Shown: positions 8,521 through 16,402 of the stretch, piece by piece
Numbering within the stretch: position 1 is the stretch's first letter
Layout: each line of letters begins with the position of its first letter
NCBI GenBank assembly: GCA_964515005.1
Contig: CAZEVT010000001.1
Span: 310,720-374,719 of the forward strand
Source of the DNA: an uncultured Gammaproteobacteria bacterium
GTDB lineage: Bacteria; Patescibacteriota; Microgenomatia; UBA10105; UBA927
Length of the DNA: 64,000 nucleotides
Direction: 5' to 3'
Made by a program: the position numbers and the translations under genes
Notes under the pieces: generated by a model
The model's database searches: none
The model's input: only the letters and a program-made list of their open reading frames with translations
What the model was told of the DNA's origin: nothing

Positions 8521-10623
8521 ATGCCGATGTCGGATCTGCAACTCGTATTTCAATGGTGGGGGACGCTTTTTTTAGTGGGGGCGGTGGCATATCCCTTCAC
8601 CAAACGCCTTTTTGGCGATTGGTTCGATCGGGGGTTTTTCTTCACTAAGGCAGTCGGAATGGCGATGGTGACGTATGGCGTCTACATCCTGGGAATCCTC
8701 CACGTGGCTCCGTTTACGACACAAACGATCTGGGCCGTTATGGGAGTATTGTTTCTCGCCGGGTTGCCCCTATACGTTCGGAAAAAGGAAACTCATACAT
8801 GGCAAAGAGCCCTCATGCTTGGCGCCGAAGAATTGTTTTTTTTTGCCGCCCTCCTTTTTTGGAGTTGGATCAAGGGACATGAGCCCAGCATCCACGGGCT
8901 TGAGAAATTCATGGATTTTGGGTTCACTAAATCGATTCTCAACAGCGCATACTTTCCCGCGCCTGACATGTGGTATACCGGGCTATCCATCAATTATTAC
9001 TACTTCGGCCACACCGTGATGGCGGTCCTCACGAGGCTGTCGGGCATAGACCTGACCTACACATTTAATCTCATGTTGGCAAGTATTTTTGCCTTTACCC
9101 TGACCATGAGTTTTTCCATCGGTGTGCAGTTACTTCAAGGGGTAGCCCGAATCGGGGTGATGGGGAAAATAGCGGGCGGTATGCTGACGGCTTTTTTGGC
9201 GACCATGGCCGGCAACATGCAGACGATTTATGCGTTTACCCGCGGATATACCGGTGACAATGTCGTACCATTTTGGCAGCTCGTTTGGAAAATGTCGGAT
9301 ATTGGGGGCGTGAAGGGGATGTGGGATGGGACCCTGTGGGCGCGCTTTGCCGAAGGCATGAACACCTACTGGTATGCCAATGCCACTCGTTTTATCCCGT
9401 ACACCATCCATGAGTTCCCGAGCTACTCATTCGTCGTTTCCGATGTCCACGGACATGTACTTTCTATCCCCTTTGTTTTGCTTGCCCTTGCGCTTCTCAT
9501 TCATAAAAAAACATCACCAATATTTTACGGGTTTTTGTGCGGCGTGCTTTTGATGACGAATGCTTTGGATGGTCCCATTTATTTGGGATTATTTATGATA
9601 ATTTTTTGGAAAAATTGGAAACATATCGGGATGGCCATTGGCGCTGCTGCAGTGACCAGCCTGCCGTTTCTTGTCCATTTCAAATCGTTCGTCAACGGTG
9701 TCGCCCTCAATTGTCCTCCGGCATTTCTTGCCGATATCCAGATCGGCCCGCTTATTTTTGAGGGAGTAGACAAATGCCAGCGCTCGCCCCTGTGGATGTG
9801 GTGGCTCTTGTGGGGATTTTTTGTCTACTGTGGAACGTGGCTTGTCGTTGGCATGGTGAAGAACAAAAACAGAATGGCCCACGAACTTTTGCTTGCTATA
9901 CTCTTTTTCCTTTCCCTTGCTCTTCTTATCTTTCCCGAGTTTTTCTACTTTAAGGACATATATCCCATGCATTTCCGAAGTAACACGATGTTTAAGCTCG
10001 GCTATCAGGCCTTTATTATGCTATCAATCGTCTCCGGGTACACGATCGTGAGGTTTGCAAGCGGGAAAGGCAAAAAGGTACTGTTTTTTGTCTTTCTTAT
10101 CCCGCAACTCTTCTTGGTTTCCATATATCCCGTATTTTCCGTGCGGTCCTACTTTAATAGTTTGCGCCATTATGAGGGGATATTCGGCATGGGCTGGTTT
10201 CAACGTCAATATCCGGATGATTGGGCGGGGATTACATGGCTCAATCAAAATGTGAAGTGCAACACACAAGACGCCACCTGTACAAATCCGGTCATCGTTG
10301 AGGCTGATGGAGACAGTTATACCGATTACGATCGTTTTAGTACGTTTACGGGACTTCCTACCGTTGTCGGATGGTCGGTACATGAATGGCTCTGGAGAGG
10401 GTCATACGATGTGGTATCCCCGAGAAAAGAAGAAGTGCGACGCATATATGAGTCAGAGGATATTGAGGAAACAAAGGATATCCTTACAAAGTACATGGTC
10501 AAGTATGTCATTGTGGGTAGCCTTGAGCGAGAGAAGTTTACAGGTCTTCAGGAAGGGAAGTTTAGTCAGCTCGGGGAGCAGGTGTTTGCCCATGGGACGA
10601 CGGTCATTTATCAGGTCCATTGA
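8521..10623 (+). CDS. DUF2298/YYY-family membrane protein (GT-C-like)
   Basis: EKFMDFG, INYYYFGH, TIHEFP, DVHGH, RSNTMFK and PTVVGWSVHEWLWRG motifs. Start refined to ATG 8521. Confidence 0.88.
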   Translation: MPMSDLQLVFQWWGTLFLVGAVAYPFTKRLFGDWFDRGFFFTKAVGMAMVTYGVYILGILHVAPFTTQTIWAVMGVLFLAGLPLYVRKKETHTWQRALMLGAEELFFFAALLFWSWIKGHEPSIHGLEKFMDFGFTKSILNSAYFPAPDMWYTGLSINYYYFGHTVMAVLTRLSGIDLTYTFNLMLASIFAFTLTMSFSIGVQLLQGVARIGVMGKIAGGMLTAFLATMAGNMQTIYAFTRGYTGDNVVPFWQLVWKMSDIGGVKGMWDGTLWARFAEGMNTYWYANATRFIPYTIHEFPSYSFVVSDVHGHVLSIPFVLLALALLIHKKTSPIFYGFLCGVLLMTNALDGPIYLGLFMIIFWKNWKHIGMAIGAAAVTSLPFLVHFKSFVNGVALNCPPAFLADIQIGPLIFEGVDKCQRSPLWMWWLLWGFFVYCGTWLVVGMVKNKNRMAHELLLAILFFLSLALLIFPEFFYFKDIYPMHFRSNTMFKLGYQAFIMLSIVSGYTIVRFASGKGKKVLFFVFLIPQLFLVSIYPVFSVRSYFNSLRHYEGIFGMGWFQRQYPDDWAGITWLNQNVKCNTQDATCTNPVIVEADGDSYTDYDRFSTFTGLPTVVGWSVHEWLWRGSYDVVSPRKEEVRRIYESEDIEETKDILTKYMVKYVIVGSLEREKFTGLQEGKFSQLGEQVFAHGTTVIYQVH

Positions 10624-10648
10624 CAAGGGCTCATAAACGTGGTTTAAT
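10620..10648 (+). promoter_or_regulatory. rho promoter followed by a ~110-nt C-rich leader
   Basis: TTGACA-17-TTTAAT with extended TG. Confidence 0.65.
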
Positions 10649-10764
10649 ACACCATTAGAAACACAGATTCCTCGTATTGACGACATTCTTGATCTATCCC
10701 TAAGAAATATTTGATGACCCAACGCATTGCACACATGAGTTAAATTTTCAGGCATCTCACTGGT

Positions 10765-12312
10765 ATGGCATTCCGCGCTTCCACAAAATCACCTAAATCG
10801 AAATCAACTAAATCTTCCGAGCCGGAACAGGCTGCGGAACCCGTGGCGTCGGCATCGCTTTCCATTGATGATCTGGTAGGCGGACCAAAAAAGACTGAGG
10901 AAGCTACAGAAGCTCCCAAAGCAGAAGAAAAAGCATCGGAGGCGGCACCAGTTCCCTATACCCCGCGTCCCAGGCAAGACCGTCCAAGGGGGGGATTTGA
11001 CCGGGGACGCGGCGGGTACAGCGGAGGATACCAGCATCAAGGCGGTTCGCCTCGCTATAGTTCTGGCGAAGCAGCCAATGGATATCAGGGGCGTACTGGT
11101 GGCAGACCCGGAGGATTCGGAGGCGGGTATAAAAGAGAGTGGACCCCGAGACCTCAAAACAGCGAAGTCTTCACCCAGGACGTCGACGTGCCAACCGAGA
11201 CCGTGCGCGGTATTTTGGATACCATGCCGGAAGGTCACGGATTTTTGCGGCCCAAGTTTACGCCATCGGAGCGCGATGTCTATATCTCCCAGTCGCAGAT
11301 CCGCAGGTTTTTGCTTCGCAATGGCGACATGGTCGAAGGCCAGGCCCGCCCGCCCAAAGACAATGAAAGGTACTACGGACTTCTTAAGGTAGAAAAAGTT
11401 AATGAAAAAATCGTTGAGGAAATGGAATCCCGTCCGAAGTTTGAGGATCTGACCCCTCTGTATCCCAACAAGCTTCTCCGGTTGGAAACCGGACAGCAGC
11501 CGTTATCAACCCGGATTATAGACCTCGTTGCCCCCATCGGATTTGGCCAGCGCGGCCTTATCGTTTCGCCTCCCAAAGCCGGAAAAACGACAATCCTTAA
11601 GGAGCTAGCGGCGGGCATTACGGAAAACTATCCTGATGTTCATCTGATGGCCGCCTTAATCGGTGAGCGACCGGAAGAGGTCACCGACCTGACCCGCAGC
11701 ATAAAAGGCGAAGTACTTGCCAGTAACTTTGACGAGTCGCCCGCGGACCAGACACGCATTGCGGAAGTGACGCTTGATCGGGCCAAGAGACTCGTTGAAA
11801 TGGGAAAAGATGTCGTTGTTCTTCTGGATTCCATTACCCGGCTAGCTAGGGCGTACAATCTGGTCGTGAACCCTTCAGGCAGGACTTTGTCCGGAGGATT
11901 TGATCCGGCGGCACTTTACCCTGCAAAACGATTCTTGGGGGCGGCCCGCTGTGTAGAAGGCGCGGAAGGAAAAATTACCGGATCGCTGACGGTTATAGGA
12001 ACGGCACTTGTGGAAACCGGCAGCCGCATGGATGATCTTATTTACGAAGAGTTTAAGGGCACGGGTAACATGGAGCTTCACCTTTCGAGGTCCCTGCAGG
12101 AGCGAAGAGTATTCCCGGCGATTGACATCGGCAAAAGCGGGACCAGACATGATGAGCTTCTACTTGGCGAAGACGCGATGAAAAAAGTGGTGACCCTGCG
12201 GCACATGCTGTCGCTTCTTGGTGATGAGGAACGCACGCTCATGCTTATTGAGAAGCTTGGCAAAACCAAGAACAACGACGAATTCCTCGAGAGTCTTTCC
12301 CAGGGCTCCTAA
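10765..12312 (+). CDS. rho: Transcription termination factor Rho with ~140-aa disordered N-terminal extension
   Basis: GHGFLR and DVYISQSQIRRF RNA-binding motifs, PPKAGKT Walker A, LLDSITRLARAYN, EEFKGTGNMEL. Confidence 0.97.
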   Translation: MAFRASTKSPKSKSTKSSEPEQAAEPVASASLSIDDLVGGPKKTEEATEAPKAEEKASEAAPVPYTPRPRQDRPRGGFDRGRGGYSGGYQHQGGSPRYSSGEAANGYQGRTGGRPGGFGGGYKREWTPRPQNSEVFTQDVDVPTETVRGILDTMPEGHGFLRPKFTPSERDVYISQSQIRRFLLRNGDMVEGQARPPKDNERYYGLLKVEKVNEKIVEEMESRPKFEDLTPLYPNKLLRLETGQQPLSTRIIDLVAPIGFGQRGLIVSPPKAGKTTILKELAAGITENYPDVHLMAALIGERPEEVTDLTRSIKGEVLASNFDESPADQTRIAEVTLDRAKRLVEMGKDVVVLLDSITRLARAYNLVVNPSGRTLSGGFDPAALYPAKRFLGAARCVEGAEGKITGSLTVIGTALVETGSRMDDLIYEEFKGTGNMELHLSRSLQERRVFPAIDIGKSGTRHDELLLGEDAMKKVVTLRHMLSLLGDEERTLMLIEKLGKTKNNDEFLESLSQGS

Positions 12313-12356
12313 GATCGTATCCTTGACAAACCAGTATAAGCGTATAGCATAAAGTT

Positions 12357-12845
12357 ATGCCCATACGGAGTAGATCATCTAAAACTTCTCTGAAGAAATT
12401 TTTAACCCGTCAGCACTTGTTGGCCCTCATCTTTGCCCTCGCCGGAATCGTTATCCTTTTTATAGCCGCCACAAACCCCACGCGCCTGTTTAGCTTTGCA
12501 AAAGAGACTGGTTCCGATATTCTTCAATGTGAAAAATCCTGTGCAACTATTTGGATACCAGATCTTTCCCATCAAACAACAAGCGACAAGGAGGAATATA
12601 TTCAATGCAGGGGTGGTTGTATAGCAAATAGGGACCGCATCACAGCAAAAAATAAACAGTGTCCTATCGGTTATCTCTGGTGGCCATATACGAATAGCTG
12701 TGAGCGAGAAACTAGCCATCCTGTCGTCAAAACTATCAAAAAAGCCATTGGGACGGCCCCTACCCCCATTCAGCAAAAGAAACTGGATAAGGCAAAATCT
12801 GCCACAAAGACTATTCTTAAGTCCGGAGGAGGGCAGAGGCGGTAG
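12357..12845 (+). CDS. Membrane-anchored Cys-containing hypothetical protein
   Basis: N-terminal TM, six Cys (CEKSC, CRGGC, CPIG...C). Promoter TTGACA-16-TAGCAT lies 6 nt upstream of ATG. Confidence 0.75.
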   Translation: MPIRSRSSKTSLKKFLTRQHLLALIFALAGIVILFIAATNPTRLFSFAKETGSDILQCEKSCATIWIPDLSHQTTSDKEEYIQCRGGCIANRDRITAKNKQCPIGYLWWPYTNSCERETSHPVVKTIKKAIGTAPTPIQQKKLDKAKSATKTILKSGGGQRR

Positions 12846-12894
12846 CTTGGATGTTTCGAACGTGGGAGCTACGAAACTGTTTGTTCTATAACAC

Positions 12895-12940
12895 AAAACG
12901 CCATCTAATCAGTAACCCGAAGGTTAACTGCCAGATGGCG
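12895..12940 (-). terminator. Intrinsic terminator of the lipoprotein gene
   Basis: Minus strand CGCCATCT..CAGTTAAC C-TTCG-G GTTACTG..AGATGGCG then TTTTGTG, with a cUUCGg tetraloop. Confidence 0.75.
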
Positions 12941-12977
12941 CTTGAATATATATTCAATTATAGGATAGGTAATTGTG

Positions 12978-13793
12978 TTATGGAACGTTGTAGTAAACGC
13001 GAGATGCTCCATCATCATGAAGATACCAACGTTCCTGAACGACCCAAGGAAACCAATCGCCCCCATTGCTCACTGCCACGAGTGAGTTATTTTGGCTCCA
13101 GACCGTTCGTCCAGAATGAGGGTCATCACAGAAGATGATCAATCCGAGTGGCCCGGTTGCCATGTTTGCCAGGTCAGACGAAAGGAAATCTTCAGCCTTG
13201 GAACTTGCAATGAAGTGCCCTTCATCGTCTTCCGAAACGTAGTAGGTGTTGTCTTCACATTCTGTTTTTCCTTCTACATACGTTTGAGGGTCCACCGCAT
13301 ACCAACGGCCATCAGCGGCAAAAGACCAGCGAGAAATTTCCTTGATTGATCCTTCCCAAGGGATAACCGTCACCTGGAAAGTGTCGCCCTCTGTGGCATC
13401 GAGCGTGAGCGAAACATCACCGCAGTCGAGTCCAACGTGCCCGTCTGCCATATTGAGTGTTGCAATGTATGGTGCGGTATTGGGATCATCGCTCCGCATA
13501 TCGGGATCATCTCTCCACATTATGTCTGTTGCGGTTTCTGACGCCTCAACTTTTTCCACTTTGACCCATTCGGTTGATGTTGTTGAAAAACCATCATATT
13601 CATAAGCGTGGAAAGCCGTGATGGTCATGGACGTTTCGCTCATATCACCCCATGGATTGGGGACACAAAACGTCTTCTCAACGAATTCGTCAATTGTGGA
13701 GCCTGTAGTGCTTGCACTAGGTGTGCAAGCAGTGATCAAAAACATGCTGATCACCAGCAGGGACAAAAGGGTCGTGCGGTATTGCTTGTTCAT
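12978..13793 (-). CDS. Putative lipoprotein, acidic beta-rich domain
   Basis: Signal peptide with lipobox LITA-C, S/T linker, strong SD (AAGGAG) upstream. Confidence 0.75.
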   Translation of the reverse strand: MNKQYRTTLLSLLVISMFLITACTPSASTTGSTIDEFVEKTFCVPNPWGDMSETSMTITAFHAYEYDGFSTTSTEWVKVEKVEASETATDIMWRDDPDMRSDDPNTAPYIATLNMADGHVGLDCGDVSLTLDATEGDTFQVTVIPWEGSIKEISRWSFAADGRWYAVDPQTYVEGKTECEDNTYYVSEDDEGHFIASSKAEDFLSSDLANMATGPLGLIIFCDDPHSGRTVWSQNNSLVAVSNGGDWFPWVVQERWYLHDDGASRVYYNVP

Positions 13794-13997
13794 TTTTCTC
13801 CTTAAGAAAAAATTGGGGTGAGATACGAGTACGTTGGGCGCACTCTGAACAATCTAGCCTGTGGCTAAATGGTTTTGTTGTGCGTCCAATTAAAAATGAA
13901 CATTATACCTATCCTTGTAAAAGAGCCTGTAAGTTTCAAAAATGAGGCTATCAGAGCTTATTCTGACGCTCCAAATTTGAGATTACAAACGCACTAA

Positions 13998-14026
13998 ATA
14001 GTAGCATAAATATGCGGGAAAGTCAA
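13998..14026 (-). promoter_or_regulatory. Promoter for the lipoprotein gene with a long structured leader
   Basis: TTGACT-17-TACTAT with extended TG. Leader hairpin at 13834-13889. Confidence 0.55.
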
Positions 14027-14092
14027 TATTATAGGGTAGTTTCAAAGACAAAAATTTGATTATTTCGGATGCCGGTGGTACCCTGTTTCATA

Positions 14093-14176
14093 CCCCCAGC
14101 ACCAGTCTTACTGGCTCGCGAGGGCTACGACCTCGCCTCGCAAGGGCGACGGTGCGGGGTTTCGCCTTGTGAAGGC
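14093..14176 (+). promoter_or_regulatory. GC-rich structured 5' leader of the LysM-M23 gene (candidate cis-regulatory RNA)
   Basis: Outer stem CCCC(A)GCACC/GGTGCGGGG, internal hairpins, and a GCCTT-GTG-AAGGC hairpin over the SD. Promoter TTGATT-17-TACCCT at 14056-14084. Confidence 0.45.
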
Positions 14177-14183
14177 TCACCCT

Positions 14184-15266
14184 ATGCGTATGTATTTTAG
14201 AAATCTGTTTGACGATATGCGCCTGTGGCGCCAGGGATGGATCAACTATATCGAACACAAAGTCGGGCGGTGGGCCCGCGTCTTCGAGGCGCAAAAAGAC
14301 GTGGTCGTCGATATTCTCATGGCCAGGCGCGGCACCTACCAGCGGCCGTTTTTGCATTTATCCTTAGGTATGCTTCTTTTGGCCGGCGTCACGAGCGCGC
14401 CTATTCTTGCCAGTAGTTACCCCGGGGGACTCCCCAATGAACTTGCGGAGTTTACGCCCGCTTCGGCCGTTGCAACGTCCCTGGACTTTACTGAATACGG
14501 CATACAAACCCAAATATCCCAAAAGCCCCGTGATCAGGTGATTACCTATGCGGCCGAGTCTGGCGATACGCTTGCTAAAATTGCGGATAAGTTCGGCGTT
14601 TCAGTTGATACCATAAAGTGGTCAAATGATCTAAAACGAGATAGTTTGAGTGTAGGTCAGGAGTTAAAAATTCCGCCGGTCACTGGGATCGTCCATAAAG
14701 TTCGTGAGGGGGAAACCGTGCAAAGCATCGCCAAAAAGTATAAAACAGAATCACAAAAGATCGTTAACTTTCCGTTTAATGACTTTACTGATCTCGATAC
14801 GTTTGCCCTCGCCACCGGTCAAACACTTATCGTTCCGGACGGTGTCCAACCCGAGGCCGCGGCGATTGCGATTCGTCCGCCCGCATTCTCTGTCACCCCG
14901 CTTGGTACAGGAAGACTCCTCTGGCCGGTTACTGGACTCATCACGCAAAATCCTGTTTGGTATCACAATGCATTTGATATTGCCAATCCCTCGCTTCCGG
15001 GTATTATGGTTGCCGATTCCGGGGTTGTCGTAGGAGTCGAGTATCTGCGGTACGGGTATGGGCAGCATATCCTTGTTGATCATGGAGGGGGACTCTCGAC
15101 GCTCTATGCGCATTTATCGGAGATATATGTGAAGCCGGGGGACCGAGTTTCGCGAGGACAAATCATAGGACGCATGGGTTCAACAGGCCGGTCAACCGGA
15201 TCGCACCTTCACTTTGAGACACGCGTCAACGGCTCGCCGGTCAACCCCTCACAGTTTTTTAAATAA
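14184..15266 (+). CDS. LysM peptidoglycan-binding M23 family metallopeptidase
   Basis: Two LysM domains (GDTLAKIADKFGVS, GETVQSIAKKY) and M23 motifs HNAFD, YAHLS, HLHFE. Alternative GTG start at 14169. Confidence 0.92.
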   Translation: MRMYFRNLFDDMRLWRQGWINYIEHKVGRWARVFEAQKDVVVDILMARRGTYQRPFLHLSLGMLLLAGVTSAPILASSYPGGLPNELAEFTPASAVATSLDFTEYGIQTQISQKPRDQVITYAAESGDTLAKIADKFGVSVDTIKWSNDLKRDSLSVGQELKIPPVTGIVHKVREGETVQSIAKKYKTESQKIVNFPFNDFTDLDTFALATGQTLIVPDGVQPEAAAIAIRPPAFSVTPLGTGRLLWPVTGLITQNPVWYHNAFDIANPSLPGIMVADSGVVVGVEYLRYGYGQHILVDHGGGLSTLYAHLSEIYVKPGDRVSRGQIIGRMGSTGRSTGSHLHFETRVNGSPVNPSQFFK

Positions 15267-15267
15267 G

Positions 15268-15339
15268 TGGACCGGAAGAGATTTGAACTCTCAACCTCCT
15301 CGATGCCATCGAGGCGCGCTACCGTTGCGCCACCGGCCC
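15268..15339 (-). tRNA. tRNA-Ala(GGC)
   Basis: GGGCCGG/CCGGTCC-A acceptor with G3:U70, anticodon arm CCTCG-ATGGCAT-CGAGG, T-loop TTCAAAT. CCA not encoded. Confidence 0.95.
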
Positions 15340-16035
15340 ATGAAAACGAACCTCATTATAAACCAAATCAGCAAGAGACTCTAGTTCTAATTGAACCTTT
15401 GTATCAAAATAGTCAATACGTAAAACACCATGATAGTCTGGTCTTTTTGTTGGTTTGCCTTTCGTCCTTGGATCTATGAGAGGTTTATAAAAAAGACGTG
15501 TAGGTATACCTGTCGTCTTTTGCCAATAACTTTTTAATACCTCAGTATTCTGATCTGCCCGACATTGTACTGTCGCCCTAACCTTTTCAAGATTAAACGG
15601 AAAGCATTGTCGTAATAGTCCAAGAAAAAGCAAAATAATTCTTGGGTCAGTATTCCCTAAAGAAAATGATTTCCTGGACTTTGGGTTATATTTTGATGCT
15701 TCACCTAGACAAAGCATCGCAAGGGCGATTTTACCTGCTGCCTTCGTATGCACATTTTTTGCGATGGGAGCATTTCGTCCTAAGAGTAGGTTCGCAAATT
15801 CCTCACGTTTGATTTTATTCATTTCGACGGCAATACCCCTACCCTTGGCGAGCCCCTTTAAGTTCAATCGATCTATTCTTTCTCTATATTCTCTTGGAAG
15901 CGCTACATCCTTGCATTGCCAGGATAGGGAGCTCTTTGGGATTCGAAGATTGAGGGCTTTTTGAATTTCGCCATACGTTTTCCCTTTTGATCGAAGTTTT
16001 CGGACACGATCGATAACTGCTTGAGGATATCGCAT
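15319..16035 (-). CDS. HTH plus single-motif LAGLIDADG-like protein (putative freestanding homing endonuclease or regulator)
   Basis: HTH (KLRSKGKTYGEIQKAL...PKSSLSW), helical linker, ALAMLCLGEASK, FSLGNTDPRIILLFL, YWQKTTGIP. The last 7 codons lie within tRNA-Ala(GGC). Confidence 0.75.
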   Translation of the reverse strand: MRYPQAVIDRVRKLRSKGKTYGEIQKALNLRIPKSSLSWQCKDVALPREYRERIDRLNLKGLAKGRGIAVEMNKIKREEFANLLLGRNAPIAKNVHTKAAGKIALAMLCLGEASKYNPKSRKSFSLGNTDPRIILLFLGLLRQCFPFNLEKVRATVQCRADQNTEVLKSYWQKTTGIPTRLFYKPLIDPRTKGKPTKRPDYHGVLRIDYFDTKVQLELESLADLVYNEVRFHGPVAQR

Positions 16036-16074
16036 GAGGATATTGTACTAAAGAGATTCCCCATGTGCAACATG

Positions 16075-16147
16075 TGGACCTGACCGGAGTCGAACCGGTG
16101 ATCTCCGCAATGCGAATGCGGCGCATTACCAACTGTGCTACAGGCCC
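16075..16147 (-). tRNA. tRNA-Ala(CGC)
   Basis: GGGCCTG/CAGGTCC-A acceptor with G3:U70, anticodon arm CCGCA-TTCGCAT-TGCGG, T-loop TTCGACT. TGaTATAAT upstream at 16160-16168. Confidence 0.95.
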
Positions 16148-16189
16148 CAGAGCTTTCCAATTATATCAGAAAAATAGTCTTTTGGGGGT

Positions 16190-16402
16190 TTAGCGGGCCT
16201 CTATTTGGTCTCCGGCAACCGAGGGGGAAGAAGCGTCCATTTGGGTATTGATAAACTGCCCGACCATAGCCCCGACGCCAAGCATGATGGCAAATGCAAC
16301 GACCAGCATCCAGCTACGGACCATCACGAGATACTGCTGGCTTGGTCTTGCGGTTCGCGTTCTATGCGATACGTGTCGGGCTTTTCGCTTTTTCATACTC
16401 AT
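16190..16402 (-). CDS. Small single-TM protein
   Basis: Basic N-terminus, one TM helix, SSPSVAG tail. Abuts the upstream gene's stop. Confidence 0.7.
   Translation of the reverse strand: MSMKKRKARHVSHRTRTARPSQQYLVMVRSWMLVVAFAIMLGVGAMVGQFINTQMDASSPSVAGDQIEAR

Noticed and set aside
15267-15479. 70-aa ORF, and ORFs 15884-16132 and 15903-16160
   Set aside because: They are translations across tRNA genes.
15267-16080. GTGGACC direct repeat as att sites of an integrated element
   Set aside because: Explained by the shared acceptor ends of two intact tRNA-Ala genes. No integrase present.
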